Source: Pseudomonadota bacterium
GTDB taxonomy: Bacteria > Campylobacterota > Campylobacteria > Campylobacterales > Sulfurimonadaceae
Length of the DNA stretch: 64,000 nt
NCBI GenBank assembly: GCA_043797085.1
Contig: JAZDQA010000001.1
Location: forward strand, 64,001 to 128,000
Reading direction: 5' to 3'
The first letter of the stretch is position 1. Each line of letters starts with the position of its first letter. This document shows, piece after piece, positions 54,623-64,000 of the stretch. The translations under genes were made by a program, and so were the position numbers. Below the pieces are notes generated by a model that worked only from the letters and a program-made list of their open reading frames with translations, was not told where the DNA came from and searched no databases.

Positions 54623-55669
54623 ATGCGACTTACAAAAGAACAAGCTCTAGATTACATTCGAAACGGGGATTTAAAAGAACTCGGTCGTATGGCAACAGCA
54701 CGTAAGAAAGAGCTTCATCCTGATGGGATTACCACATTCGTCGTTGATCGAAACATCAACTATACCAATGTTTGTTGGGTTGATTGCAAATTTTGCGCTT
54801 TTTATCGCAGCCCTAAAGACAAAGAAGCGTATGTTCTTACTTTTGAAGAAATTGATCAAAAAATTGATGAGCTTTTAGAGATCGGCGGAACGCAAATTTT
54901 GTTCCAAGGCGGTGTTCATCCCAAACTCAAAATCGAGTGGTATGAAGATTTGGTTGAGCATATACATATCAAATATCCGACCATTACCATCCATGGATTT
55001 TCCTCGATAGAGCTGGATTACATCGCCAAAGTTTCCCATATCACCATCCAAGAGTGTTTAGCACGTTTACACGCCAAAGGGCTTGCGTCAATTCCTGGTG
55101 CGGGTGCAGAAATCCTCAGTGACCGTGTCCGTGATATCATTGCTCCGAAAAAAATTGACAGCGAAGTGTGGCTCCATGTTCATCGTGAAGCACACAAGTT
55201 GGGGATTAAATCAACGGCTACGATGATGTACGGAACAGTGGAAACGGATGAAGAGATTATTGAGCATTGGAATCTCATTCGCGATCTTCAAGACGAAACG
55301 GGCGGCTTTAGAGCCTTTATCATGTGGTCGTTTCAGGGGATGAATACACAGCTCATGGAAGAGCATCCTGAAATTGAAAAACAATCGTCTAACCGTTATT
55401 TGCGACTGCTTGCGGTATCGCGATTATTTTTAGATAATTTCGAGAACATTCAAAGCTCATGGGTCACCCAAGGACCTTATATCGGTCAAATGGCACTGCT
55501 GTATGGAGCGAATGATTTGGGTTCTACGATGATGGAAGAGAACGTCGTGCGCAGTGCTGGGGCAGGATTTCGGATGGCAAAAGAGGAGATGATTCGTCTC
55601 ATTCATGACATCGGGGAAACTCCTGCAATTCGTAACACGGCGTATGAGATACTTGAGAAATTCGCTTGA
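54623..55669 (+). CDS. mqnC: Dehypoxanthine futalosine cyclase
   Basis: DRNINYTNVC..DCKFC radical SAM, GAND.GSTMMEENVV. Confidence 0.9.
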   Translation: MRLTKEQALDYIRNGDLKELGRMATARKKELHPDGITTFVVDRNINYTNVCWVDCKFCAFYRSPKDKEAYVLTFEEIDQKIDELLEIGGTQILFQGGVHPKLKIEWYEDLVEHIHIKYPTITIHGFSSIELDYIAKVSHITIQECLARLHAKGLASIPGAGAEILSDRVRDIIAPKKIDSEVWLHVHREAHKLGIKSTATMMYGTVETDEEIIEHWNLIRDLQDETGGFRAFIMWSFQGMNTQLMEEHPEIEKQSSNRYLRLLAVSRLFLDNFENIQSSWVTQGPYIGQMALLYGANDLGSTMMEENVVRSAGAGFRMAKEEMIRLIHDIGETPAIRNTAYEILEKFA

Positions 55670-56952
55670 AGTTTTTAACCGTTATAATTTTATTTTTAGG
55701 GCATACACTTATGGCAAGCACATTGGAATTTATAGAGATAAAAGGGGTAAAAGTTCCCTTTATTTACGAAGAGGATAAACGTCTGCCGATAGTCTCTATG
55801 CAGGTGGTGTTTACAGGAAGTGGAAGCATTGACGAAGGTAGCAATGCAGGTTTAGCACGTGTGAGTGCAAAGATGATGAATGAAGGTACGTTAAAACGTG
55901 GGGCAGTCGGATTTGCTGATGCTCTTGATGCCCACGCAATTCAACTCAGCACGAATGCAGGTTCCGAGACACTTGTAATGGAACTTGGAACGCTTCGTGA
56001 TGAGTTTGATAAGGGACTCTCTCTTATGAGTGAACTGTTACGTTCTCCCAATCTGACTAAAGAGACGTTGGACAAAATAAAAACCCTTACGATGAGTGAT
56101 ATTGCCCGTAAAGAGGCGGATTTTGATACGGTAGCCTCGGATGAACTAAAAGCAATTTTATTTGAGGGAACGCCGATTGCCACGCCAAATATCGGAACAA
56201 AAGAATCCATTGAGAAAATCAAGCTCAAAAACGTTGAAACCTTTTTAGCGGATAAAATGGTTCTTTCTAATCTTCTTGTAGTGATTGGAGGCGATTTAAA
56301 TCTCTCCGAAGCACAGGAAAAAATAACGAAACTTCTTTCCCCTTTAGCGGTAGGAAAAGTGGCATCGGCACGTCATTACGAACCTCGAAAATCTCCAAAA
56401 GAGTCTGTTTTAAATCGCCCTCAAACCCAACAAGCGTATCTTTATTTTGGTGCCCCTTTTTCTATGAAAGAGGGAGATCCTGAGTTTTACAAAGCCCGCG
56501 TTGCAATGTTCATTTTGGGCTCCAGCGGTTTTGGAAGTCGGTTGATGGAAGAAATTCGGGTAAAACGCGGATTGGCGTACTCTGCTTATTCACGTTTGGG
56601 TGTTGCGAAAACCAATACCTATTTTAGCGGTTATCTCCAAACCAAACTTGAATCACAAGATGAAGCAAAGAAAAGCGTCATTGAAGTCATTGATACGTTT
56701 GTAAAAACCGGAGTGACTCAAAGCGAACTCGATCAAGCGCGTAAATTCCTTCTGGGTTCTGAGCCGTTACGGGTTGAAACCCTCTCTCAGCGATTGGGAA
56801 GAACGTTTACTGAATATTATCAAGGAAAAGAGCTGGGTGATTCACTCAAAGAGTTAGAGATGATTCGTGCTCTTAGCCTCGATGAGGTGAACGAATTTAT
56901 CAAACGTCATAATGAGATTACGCAACTAAGCTATGCGATAGTGACGAAGTAG
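55666..56952 (+). CDS. M16 peptidase family protein, non-catalytic type
   Basis: SRLMEEIRVKRGLAYS; no HxxEH motif; TTG start gives a signal-like N-terminus (alternative ATG at 55711). Confidence 0.88.
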   Translation: MKFLTVIILFLGHTLMASTLEFIEIKGVKVPFIYEEDKRLPIVSMQVVFTGSGSIDEGSNAGLARVSAKMMNEGTLKRGAVGFADALDAHAIQLSTNAGSETLVMELGTLRDEFDKGLSLMSELLRSPNLTKETLDKIKTLTMSDIARKEADFDTVASDELKAILFEGTPIATPNIGTKESIEKIKLKNVETFLADKMVLSNLLVVIGGDLNLSEAQEKITKLLSPLAVGKVASARHYEPRKSPKESVLNRPQTQQAYLYFGAPFSMKEGDPEFYKARVAMFILGSSGFGSRLMEEIRVKRGLAYSAYSRLGVAKTNTYFSGYLQTKLESQDEAKKSVIEVIDTFVKTGVTQSELDQARKFLLGSEPLRVETLSQRLGRTFTEYYQGKELGDSLKELEMIRALSLDEVNEFIKRHNEITQLSYAIVTK

Positions 56953-56954
56953 TT

Positions 56955-57030
56955 GTCATTCCCGCGAAGGCGGGCGAAGTACCCTTTAGGGTGAATCCAG
57001 CTGGATCCCCGGGTCAAGCCCGAGGATGAC
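56955..57030. repeat. CGTC/TGTC-type palindromic REP-like element with internal 19-nt insert
   Basis: GTCATTCCCGCGAAGGCGGG[CGAAGTACCCTTTAGGGTG]AATCCAGCTGGATCCCCGGGTCAAGCCCGAGGATGAC. Confidence 0.88.
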
Positions 57031-57040
57031 GGGAAAAAAC

Positions 57041-58834
57041 ATGATAAGTATTTTACCTATTGAAGACACCGAAAAATTTCATCGTCTAGGAGTAGGGAGC
57101 ATCACAGCTCTTTCGCTCATCGCCCCCACCTCATTTGAAGATCGCCGTCTAAGTACCCAATTCATCACAAATACCTCATGTGTACTCGATGCCACCGTTG
57201 AGAGTGTTGTTCGAACCCCTAAAACGCTCAAAATTATCTTTTTTGCTCATAATATAGACGAGCGAATAGAGGGGGTAATTTTTCATCCGCAATCGTACAT
57301 GATCCATCAATTCCCAACCCAACAAAGAGCTTTTTTCACAGGGAAAGCAGTATTTGAAAATGGTCGCTGGCAGATAATACAGCCCGTAAAAATCCCTGCC
57401 GTAGGCTCCTTGGTTCCCATCTATAAAACCTCTTTGCGTGTGGATGTAATGCGCCGTCTTATCGAAAAACACATTACGATAGATACCCTCATCGCCGATG
57501 GCTTGCCAGAGAATATTGCACAAACGCTCTACGACATTCATTTTCCTAAAATCCCAATGCCGCTTAGTGAACATCAGCTGTATGCGCTGAAATTTACGGA
57601 GCTTTATGACTATATGCGCCGTCTTAAACTCAAACGCCGTTTTCATCCTACTCAGTATAAAGCCAGTGGTTCGATTGAAAAGTGGAGTAAAACCCTCCCA
57701 TTTATCCTCACGGACGATCAAAAAAAAGCGATTAAGGAAATCAAAGCCGATTTATCGGGTGAAGTTGCTGCACGACGGATGATTGTTGGGGATGTTGGAT
57801 CGGGTAAAACGATGGTGATTTTGGCATCCGTTGTTTTGATGCAGCCGTATCGCTCCATCCTTATGGCGCCTACGACGATACTTGCAGCTCAATTGTACGA
57901 GGAAGCGCAAAAATTTCTTCCCGATTTACGTATTGCCTTGGTGACCAACGCGACGAAAAAAGGATCATTAGAGGAGTACGATTTCATCATCGGTACTCAC
58001 GCACTTCTTCACCGCGAACTTCCCAGTGCAGGATTGGTGATGGTGGATGAGCAGCACCGTTTTGGCACCGCTCAACGTCATGCCCTCTCCAAACTCACCG
58101 AAAACGACTCCGCCCCCCATTTTCTCCAATTCTCCGCGACCCCGATTCCTCGAACATTAGCGATGATCGAATCGGCTCACATTGATGTAAGCTTGATCGT
58201 TCAAACACCTTTTACCAAAAATATTGCAACAAAAATCATCCATAAAAACGATTTTTCTCTCTTACTAGAGCATATACGAAGTGAAATAGCGCAAGAACAT
58301 CAAGTATTGCTCGTCTATCCGCTAGTAGAGCAAAGTGAGTCAATCAATTACCAAAGCATTGATGAAGCCAGAGGCTTTTGGGAAAAGAAATTTGAAAATG
58401 TCTACGTCACCCACGGTAAAGACAAAGAAAAAGAGTCAGTATTGCGTGAGTTTCGCGAGAAAGGCTCCCTGCTCATCGCTACAACGGTAGTAGAAGTAGG
58501 CATCTCCCTCCCGCGCCTCACCACCGTCATCATCGTAGGAGCCGAACGACTGGGACTCTCCACGCTCCATCAGTTGAGAGGACGAGTCAGCCGTACTGGG
58601 CTTCAGGGATATAGCTATCTCTATACCAACACATCGGGTAAAAATGAACGCTTAGAGTCGTTTAGCACTTGTATGAGTGGTTTTGAGATTGCGGCACTAG
58701 ACCTCAAATTTCGCTCATCAGGAGATTTGCTGGAAGGAAGCATCCAAAGCGGTAAAAAGTTTCGATGGGCGGATATTGGTGAGGATGAAGAGATTGTTAA
58801 AGAAGTCAAAAAATATTTAGAAAATAATAATTAG
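57041..58834 (+). CDS. recG: ATP-dependent DNA helicase RecG
   Basis: GDVGSGKT, DEQHRFG, SATPIPRTL, LHQLRGRV; ATG at 57026 lies inside the repeat so 57041 is preferred. Confidence 0.95.
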   Translation: MISILPIEDTEKFHRLGVGSITALSLIAPTSFEDRRLSTQFITNTSCVLDATVESVVRTPKTLKIIFFAHNIDERIEGVIFHPQSYMIHQFPTQQRAFFTGKAVFENGRWQIIQPVKIPAVGSLVPIYKTSLRVDVMRRLIEKHITIDTLIADGLPENIAQTLYDIHFPKIPMPLSEHQLYALKFTELYDYMRRLKLKRRFHPTQYKASGSIEKWSKTLPFILTDDQKKAIKEIKADLSGEVAARRMIVGDVGSGKTMVILASVVLMQPYRSILMAPTTILAAQLYEEAQKFLPDLRIALVTNATKKGSLEEYDFIIGTHALLHRELPSAGLVMVDEQHRFGTAQRHALSKLTENDSAPHFLQFSATPIPRTLAMIESAHIDVSLIVQTPFTKNIATKIIHKNDFSLLLEHIRSEIAQEHQVLLVYPLVEQSESINYQSIDEARGFWEKKFENVYVTHGKDKEKESVLREFREKGSLLIATTVVEVGISLPRLTTVIIVGAERLGLSTLHQLRGRVSRTGLQGYSYLYTNTSGKNERLESFSTCMSGFEIAALDLKFRSSGDLLEGSIQSGKKFRWADIGEDEEIVKEVKKYLENNN

Positions 58835-58836
58835 GC

Positions 58837-58949
58837 CTCCACAACACACCAAGAGCAAGGTCGCTCGCAGACGTGCGAAAGCGTACCGACAGCGATTTGT
58901 TGTGGAGACGATTTTCTTTTGGTTCTTTTCTTTTTTAAAAAGAAAAGAA
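58837..58949. repeat. Structured intergenic element, copy 2 (family shared with 36630-36741)
   Basis: Outer stem CTCCACAACA/TGTTGTGGAG, inner hairpin, AGCGATT, then GATTTTCTTTTGGTTCTTTTCTT-N6-AAGAAAAGAA. Confidence 0.7.
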
Positions 58950-58958
58950 TGAGAAGTT

Positions 58959-59495
58959 TTAATACAACCCAAACTTCCCATCATTACGTTTAAAGAGTAC
59001 CCGCATTTTCCCCTCAATGTCGTAAAACACCTCAAACTGCTTCCCGCCGCTTTTTATATTTTCGAGCACGTCAGCCACCTCTTGCGGTTTATAAAGCTCC
59101 AGTTCCATTGGGACAATCTCATCCTCCATTGCTTCACCAACGGCATGCAAGTCAACCGTATGGGCAGCGGCATTTTTAGCTTCGTTTAGCCCTTCATTTT
59201 TATGATCACTCAAACGATCGTGCAAACGGCGAAGTGCTTTTTGAGCACGATCTATCGCGATATCGATAGCAGCATAGAGATCATTGTCTCGTTGCGTGAT
59301 GACGATGGTATTGTTACCTGCTACATTGATGGTAAATTCGATTGTTACCCCTTTTTTGCGCTCATTCATGCTGGCAATAGCATTGACGCTGATAAGGTCG
59401 AGATGAAATTTAGTGAGAGTATCGATGGAGTGCATTAGATGATCTTTGATCGCATCGCTAAGTTCGATGTGGCGTCCGACGAGAGAAATATTCAT
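58959..59495 (-). CDS. hpf: Ribosome hibernation factor (long HPF/RaiA family)
   Basis: GRHIELSDAIK, DLYAAID, C-terminal F.VF...VLFKRNDG.FGL; TGTTATAAT promoter at 59533-59541. Confidence 0.92.
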   Translation of the reverse strand: MNISLVGRHIELSDAIKDHLMHSIDTLTKFHLDLISVNAIASMNERKKGVTIEFTINVAGNNTIVITQRDNDLYAAIDIAIDRAQKALRRLHDRLSDHKNEGLNEAKNAAAHTVDLHAVGEAMEDEIVPMELELYKPQEVADVLENIKSGGKQFEVFYDIEGKMRVLFKRNDGKFGLY

Positions 59496-59689
59496 GGGGT
59501 ACTGCCTTACTGTAAATTTTGAAGTAAAGTTGATTATAACACAGAAAAATCAACGGTTCAATAGCTATTATGGGTAAATACAGAGAAATATAATATCTAA
59601 TAACACAATTTAATCACGCTTTAATATTAGCTGGAATACACTTTTGTATTATGGCATTTTCTCTTTTTTTAAGAGACTAAAACGAAAGT

Positions 59690-59716
59690 TTAAAAATTGC
59701 CTTGATTTGCCGATAA
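59690..59716 (+). promoter_or_regulatory. Putative sigma28 (FliA) promoter
   Basis: TTAAA at 59690-59694 and perfect -10 box GCCGATAA at 59709-59716. Confidence 0.5.
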
Positions 59717-59797
59717 TGTGGTATTAAAATTGGGTTTGTATAGCGTTCGTTACCGAGCCCTGATGGTGTATGCCTTAAAAATCCCAAGGAGGATAAA

Positions 59798-62700
59798 ATG
59801 AAAACCTTAACATTATTTAGTGACACAACACTCCTGTCATTCCGTACCACGAAACGGAATCCAGTCCTTAAATTTTTATTGCGGCTGTTTGCCATTTTTG
59901 GAGTAATGATGGTGTTCGCTGTTTCGGGGTGGGGAAATGATGTTTGTGGGTCGCCTAGAGATAGTGATACATTAAGCAGCTCTAATTTGCAGTATGAACG
60001 CTATAGAAATGATAATGATTGGAATGTTGGGGCGAATACGTCAGGGACAAATGATATAACATCCCGCAATTTTTATTTTAGTGTTGCATCAGCTGGAACG
60101 GTTACAATTGAATTATACAGTATTGATAATGATCAAGCACGCTTTAGCTATGGTGATTCTACTTGTCCAACAGCATCTAGTGGAGTTAAGACAAAAACAG
60201 TTACTTTTACAGGTGCGGAGGATTTTAACATTAAAGTTTATTATGTTGCAGGGGCTCATGGTAGTATTGAATATGGTGTACGAGTAACATTTACACCGGT
60301 AGTTGTTGCCACCGCCGTAAATGACACTATTACCGTCGTTCAAAATAGTACTGTAAGTGGTAATGTCCTGACGAATGATACGGGTCCTTCGATTAGTGTT
60401 ACGACATGGAATAATCCTTCTCATGGGACACTTTCTGCAAAAAATAATGCTACTGGGGCATTTACTTATACTCCGACATCAGGCTATTCAGGTTTAGACT
60501 CTTTTACCTATGAGATAACGGATAGCGGAGGTCATACCTCTACCGCTACGGTTAATATTACTGTAACTGCTCCTTTGATTACAGATTGTCCGGGTACTGT
60601 GATAACAAATCTGAACGGAGCAACAGCGACAGCAACAGATTCAGCAAGTGGCACTATCATATCGGATACAACGTACTATTATTATTTTACTCCGGCGGTA
60701 GCCGGAACTTTGGACGTAAATTCCAATATGACAGGAAGTGATAGAAATGATCTTTATGTCTTAGATGGATGTGGTGGAAGTACTCTTGATAGTAGAACAA
60801 ATAATTCTAATAATAAATCTTTAACGGGTATCAGTGTTAGTTCAAATCAAACTATTGTCATTCAATATGTAAGTAATAGCGGCTCAGATCGTGCCTATAG
60901 TCTTGATTTTACCTTTACTGTTGTCGCCCCAACCCCGCCGACCATTGCTGTACCTGATCAACCAGCTACAGTAAGTACAGCTTTTAGTGTCGATTTAGAC
61001 AGCTATGTCACACCTACTAATGGTGATCCAATAACCGCTATAACTTTAACGGGTACATTGCCGGCAGGATTGACTTACGACACAACGACCCATATTATTA
61101 GCGGTACACCGACAGCTACGGGAACCACTGCTATGAGCGTAACGGCTACTGATAAGGATGGTACTTCTAATGTGGATGAGTTTTCGATTGTTGTGAGTGT
61201 ACTCTCTCCTCCAACCGGGAGTGTTCCCGATCAATATTTAAATGTTAGCACTGCCATGACGGCGCTTGATTTGGATAATTATTTTACTTCAAACAATGGT
61301 GCGATTACTTTTCCTGCTTCTATAGCAAGTCTCCCTGCCGGACTGTCGTACAGTAGTAGTACACATGCTATCACTGGTACACCGACAACGGTTACTGCGA
61401 CAACTAGCTATACGATTGCAGTGAGTAATAGCCAAGGTTCTATGTCCGATACGTTTACGATAACGGTTTATCCAAGTTATTCAAACAGCAATATTAGAGA
61501 TTTCACCCTTCAACGCCAAGATAACATTTACGGAGATATGCAAATTATCGGGAACTCTATCATGCTTGACAGTTCTAAGAATAGTGGTGCTGGCGGATGT
61601 GCTGACAATGGCACACCTAATAATAATGTCAATGCGATGTTTGCGGATAGAGATAGTGATAGCGGAACCTTTAATTCTACCTCTGCTAATCTAAAGCTTC
61701 CAAAAGGGGTAGATAGTACAAGAATCCAATATGCCTACCTCTATTGGCAAGGGCGTACAAATGGGTCATCTTATACCGTAAACGGTAAAACAATGAAACT
61801 CAAAACGTATGGAGATACAGCCTATACGACTATCGATACCAACACATCAAAATTTAACTGGAACGGTGATGGAGATTATCAAGGTTCTGCTGATGTCACT
61901 AACCAGATTAAACACAGTATCGATCAAGTGCCATTAGCAACGATTAGCGCGAGCGGATATGATCATCCGGTATGGGGTGCTGATGTATATGCTAGATTAT
62001 CAAGTGGTGATAATGATTTTGGTGCATGGTCACTTGTGGTGGTCTATAAAGATCCAGATCCCGTTGCAAAATTCAGAAGTGTTACATTATTTGATGGATA
62101 TCTTGAAGTATTTAATAGCAATAAAACAGTTACTTTGAACGGATTTTTGACCCCTAAAACCGGTTTGGTCGATGCAAAGTTTTTGATGTTTGGAGGAGAA
62201 GGGGATATTAGTTACTCTGATGGTTTAACATTGACAAATTCTTCAGGTACAGCTATTTCATTACTTAACGCTCCAGGAACTCCATCAGGAACAACAAGTG
62301 TGTGGGGATCTAGTGAAGATATTAATGGGGTTAACGTCACTAATCGAAACCCAAATTGTCAAAATACGATCGGAATCGATATGCGTACCTTTAGTGTCGG
62401 AACATCCAGTGCTACTCCGATTATTGGAAATAATCAAACCAGTACAGCAGTGTCTCTAAAAGGTACTGGGGATGATCAATATTTTCCTGGCGTTTTTGCG
62501 TTTTCTACTGAGTTGTATATGCCAAAACTCTGTTACGACTATTCTTTGAAACAAGATGGGAGCTTTCTTAGTATCGACCGTTCAAATCCGATAGCGCAAA
62601 TCAACCAAGCAATTACCAGTTCACCATTAGAGCTATCGGTTTATTTGCGTAATAAAGAAGCGGATATTACGGCTCAGCATATCTCGCTAAAAGCCGATCT

Positions 62701-64000
62701 CAATGCGTCGCGTTTTGATTATACGATGAGTAATCCGATGTATGTTTCTAATCCTAACGGCTCAGCATTAATCGATCGAGGTGTTCCTGCTGACAACTCT
62801 CCTGCAAGCTGTATCTATGATACGGCATCGGGAAATGAAATCGGTAATCAAGGATGTGTTGCATTTTTGGATAATAATCTATTAACAACGGATGATGATC
62901 AGCGCCGTGTTCGTAAAGGAATCGGTTCTTTGGGTAGTGAGCAATACATTTATAACAAATTCATTTTGAAGCCAAAAGCCATTAGCGGAGCAATCGGCGA
63001 TGTTAATGAATCGCTGGGATTGACGATAGATTATCAGATTACTGCGGGCGGTGTGACTATGCCCTATACCGATTATGTATTAGGGAGCTCAACCGTACCG
63101 ATTTGTACTCAAGTCTCTTCGTATAATCCAACATGGGGTTTGTTTAATATCGTACAACACGGATTGCAAACCAACAATCTAACAACACAAATTTCTCGTA
63201 AACCGTTTAATGTTGATGTTATTTTTGATAGTACTCCAAATACGGGGGATAACTATAGACCTGATAGTGTGGTCAATACAACCGTACAAGTAGAAATGAT
63301 CGATGTTGATTCATTTGGTGATATCAATGCATCGTGTGCCAATCCGGATGCAAACGTTTCCACCGCTATTTATGTTCCTGTTTCATTTGCAGGAGGAGCG
63401 GCGGCACCCAATTATCAAACTTTGGTTCCAACACAAGATATAAACTATCATAACTTTGCATTAAAAAACGGTGCATATCGTGTGTGGTATTTTACCGATA
63501 GTAGCGGCGTTTTGCGCACTTGGAGTCCAGTAGGACTATCCAATGCAAATAAATCGATGACGGGGATTAGCGGAGCATTGTTTGATAGTGCAAGTCATGG
63601 AGATTGTAATAGTTCTTGCGGAGTTAGTGGCGGAAGTGCTACCTCGCTAGGATGTTTTAATTGTATGAAAGAAAACTATGCAAAACCACTGTGTTCACGA
63701 GATAATTTCTCGGTACGACCGGAAGCTTTTGATATTAGGATTAAAGATTATAATACTGCCGGTACGGTTACGACTGACTTATCTCATGATGTGTACAAAT
63801 ATGCACCAAACACCACTCCAACAGCTCGGATGAGTTTAGCAGCAGGGTATGATTACAAATACGATATTAATGCTACAGGATATGAGAATAATGTGAGCGG
63901 TTTGATCGGAGTTCCTCGATATACTCGTTATTATAAAGATGCAAACAGTGATTTTAATGCTACGATGATCTGGGATTCGGCACTGACAAACGCCACGTGT
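59798..64000 (+). CDS. Giant secreted Ig/cadherin-repeat surface protein (MshQ/DUF6701-like region), 3' end outside the window
   Basis: AAGGAGG then ATG at 59798; frame read manually and open to 64000 (1401 codons); signal peptide, Big_9-like domain (AVND..GNVLTND..FTYTP..DSFTY), two LPAGL..GTPT Ig repeats, AYLYWQG domain, SRDNFSVRP motif. Confidence 0.88.
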   Translation, partial: MKTLTLFSDTTLLSFRTTKRNPVLKFLLRLFAIFGVMMVFAVSGWGNDVCGSPRDSDTLSSSNLQYERYRNDNDWNVGANTSGTNDITSRNFYFSVASAGTVTIELYSIDNDQARFSYGDSTCPTASSGVKTKTVTFTGAEDFNIKVYYVAGAHGSIEYGVRVTFTPVVVATAVNDTITVVQNSTVSGNVLTNDTGPSISVTTWNNPSHGTLSAKNNATGAFTYTPTSGYSGLDSFTYEITDSGGHTSTATVNITVTAPLITDCPGTVITNLNGATATATDSASGTIISDTTYYYYFTPAVAGTLDVNSNMTGSDRNDLYVLDGCGGSTLDSRTNNSNNKSLTGISVSSNQTIVIQYVSNSGSDRAYSLDFTFTVVAPTPPTIAVPDQPATVSTAFSVDLDSYVTPTNGDPITAITLTGTLPAGLTYDTTTHIISGTPTATGTTAMSVTATDKDGTSNVDEFSIVVSVLSPPTGSVPDQYLNVSTAMTALDLDNYFTSNNGAITFPASIASLPAGLSYSSSTHAITGTPTTVTATTSYTIAVSNSQGSMSDTFTITVYPSYSNSNIRDFTLQRQDNIYGDMQIIGNSIMLDSSKNSGAGGCADNGTPNNNVNAMFADRDSDSGTFNSTSANLKLPKGVDSTRIQYAYLYWQGRTNGSSYTVNGKTMKLKTYGDTAYTTIDTNTSKFNWNGDGDYQGSADVTNQIKHSIDQVPLATISASGYDHPVWGADVYARLSSGDNDFGAWSLVVVYKDPDPVAKFRSVTLFDGYLEVFNSNKTVTLNGFLTPKTGLVDAKFLMFGGEGDISYSDGLTLTNSSGTAISLLNAPGTPSGTTSVWGSSEDINGVNVTNRNPNCQNTIGIDMRTFSVGTSSATPIIGNNQTSTAVSLKGTGDDQYFPGVFAFSTELYMPKLCYDYSLKQDGSFLSIDRSNPIAQINQAITSSPLELSVYLRNKEADITAQHISLKADLNASRFDYTMSNPMYVSNPNGSALIDRGVPADNSPASCIYDTASGNEIGNQGCVAFLDNNLLTTDDDQRRVRKGIGSLGSEQYIYNKFILKPKAISGAIGDVNESLGLTIDYQITAGGVTMPYTDYVLGSSTVPICTQVSSYNPTWGLFNIVQHGLQTNNLTTQISRKPFNVDVIFDSTPNTGDNYRPDSVVNTTVQVEMIDVDSFGDINASCANPDANVSTAIYVPVSFAGGAAAPNYQTLVPTQDINYHNFALKNGAYRVWYFTDSSGVLRTWSPVGLSNANKSMTGISGALFDSASHGDCNSSCGVSGGSATSLGCFNCMKENYAKPLCSRDNFSVRPEAFDIRIKDYNTAGTVTTDLSHDVYKYAPNTTPTARMSLAAGYDYKYDINATGYENNVSGLIGVPRYTRYYKDANSDFNATMIWDSALTNATC
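59835..59863 (+). repeat. Single TGTC-type repeat unit inside the coding sequence
   Basis: TGTCATTCCGTACCACGAAACGGAATCCA; 25/29 identical to the reverse complement of 53680-53708. Confidence 0.75.

Noticed and set aside
55666..56952. M16 peptidase lacking HxxEH as a pseudogene
   Set aside because: Non-catalytic M16B subunits are normal, and the ORF is intact and in its usual position after mqnC
59740..59776. Possible riboswitch in the giant-protein leader (CTGATGGTGTATGCC resembles part of the fluoride motif)
   Set aside because: Remaining fluoride or c-di-GMP motif elements could not be found and gene context does not fit; an Rfam scan would settle it

Overview
Core chromosomal region of a Campylobacterota (epsilonproteobacterium). 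Gene content and synteny (epsilon-type nuo operon followed by pflA, futalosine genes mqnP/mqnC, HP0268-miaB-lpxJ-pilMNO, tRNA-Arg(GCG)) suggest a free-living Sulfurimonadaceae member such as Sulfuricurvum; that assignment is inference. About 56 CDSs and 2 tRNA-Arg genes; no CRISPR array, prophage or IS transposase seen. Highlights: (1) a complex I operon whose NuoE/NuoF input module is replaced by a 76-aa epsilon NuoE-like protein, a 678-aa SfrB/GltD-type Fe-S flavoprotein with NADPH-type motifs, and two tandem NuoG paralogs, i.e. a candidate NADPH-linked, dual-input complex I; (2) three distinct families of short palindromic/structured repeats, including a ~18-nt hairpin inserted at different positions inside two larger CGTC/TGTC-type elements, one repeat unit translated in frame within a signal peptide, and a two-copy element with a covarying stem at convergent gene junctions; (3) a >1400-aa secreted Ig-repeat protein, missed by the ORF track, behind a sigma28-like promoter; (4) an internally deleted rhuM remnant at the window start. 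All calls come from reading the sequence and recalled family motifs; no searches were run.
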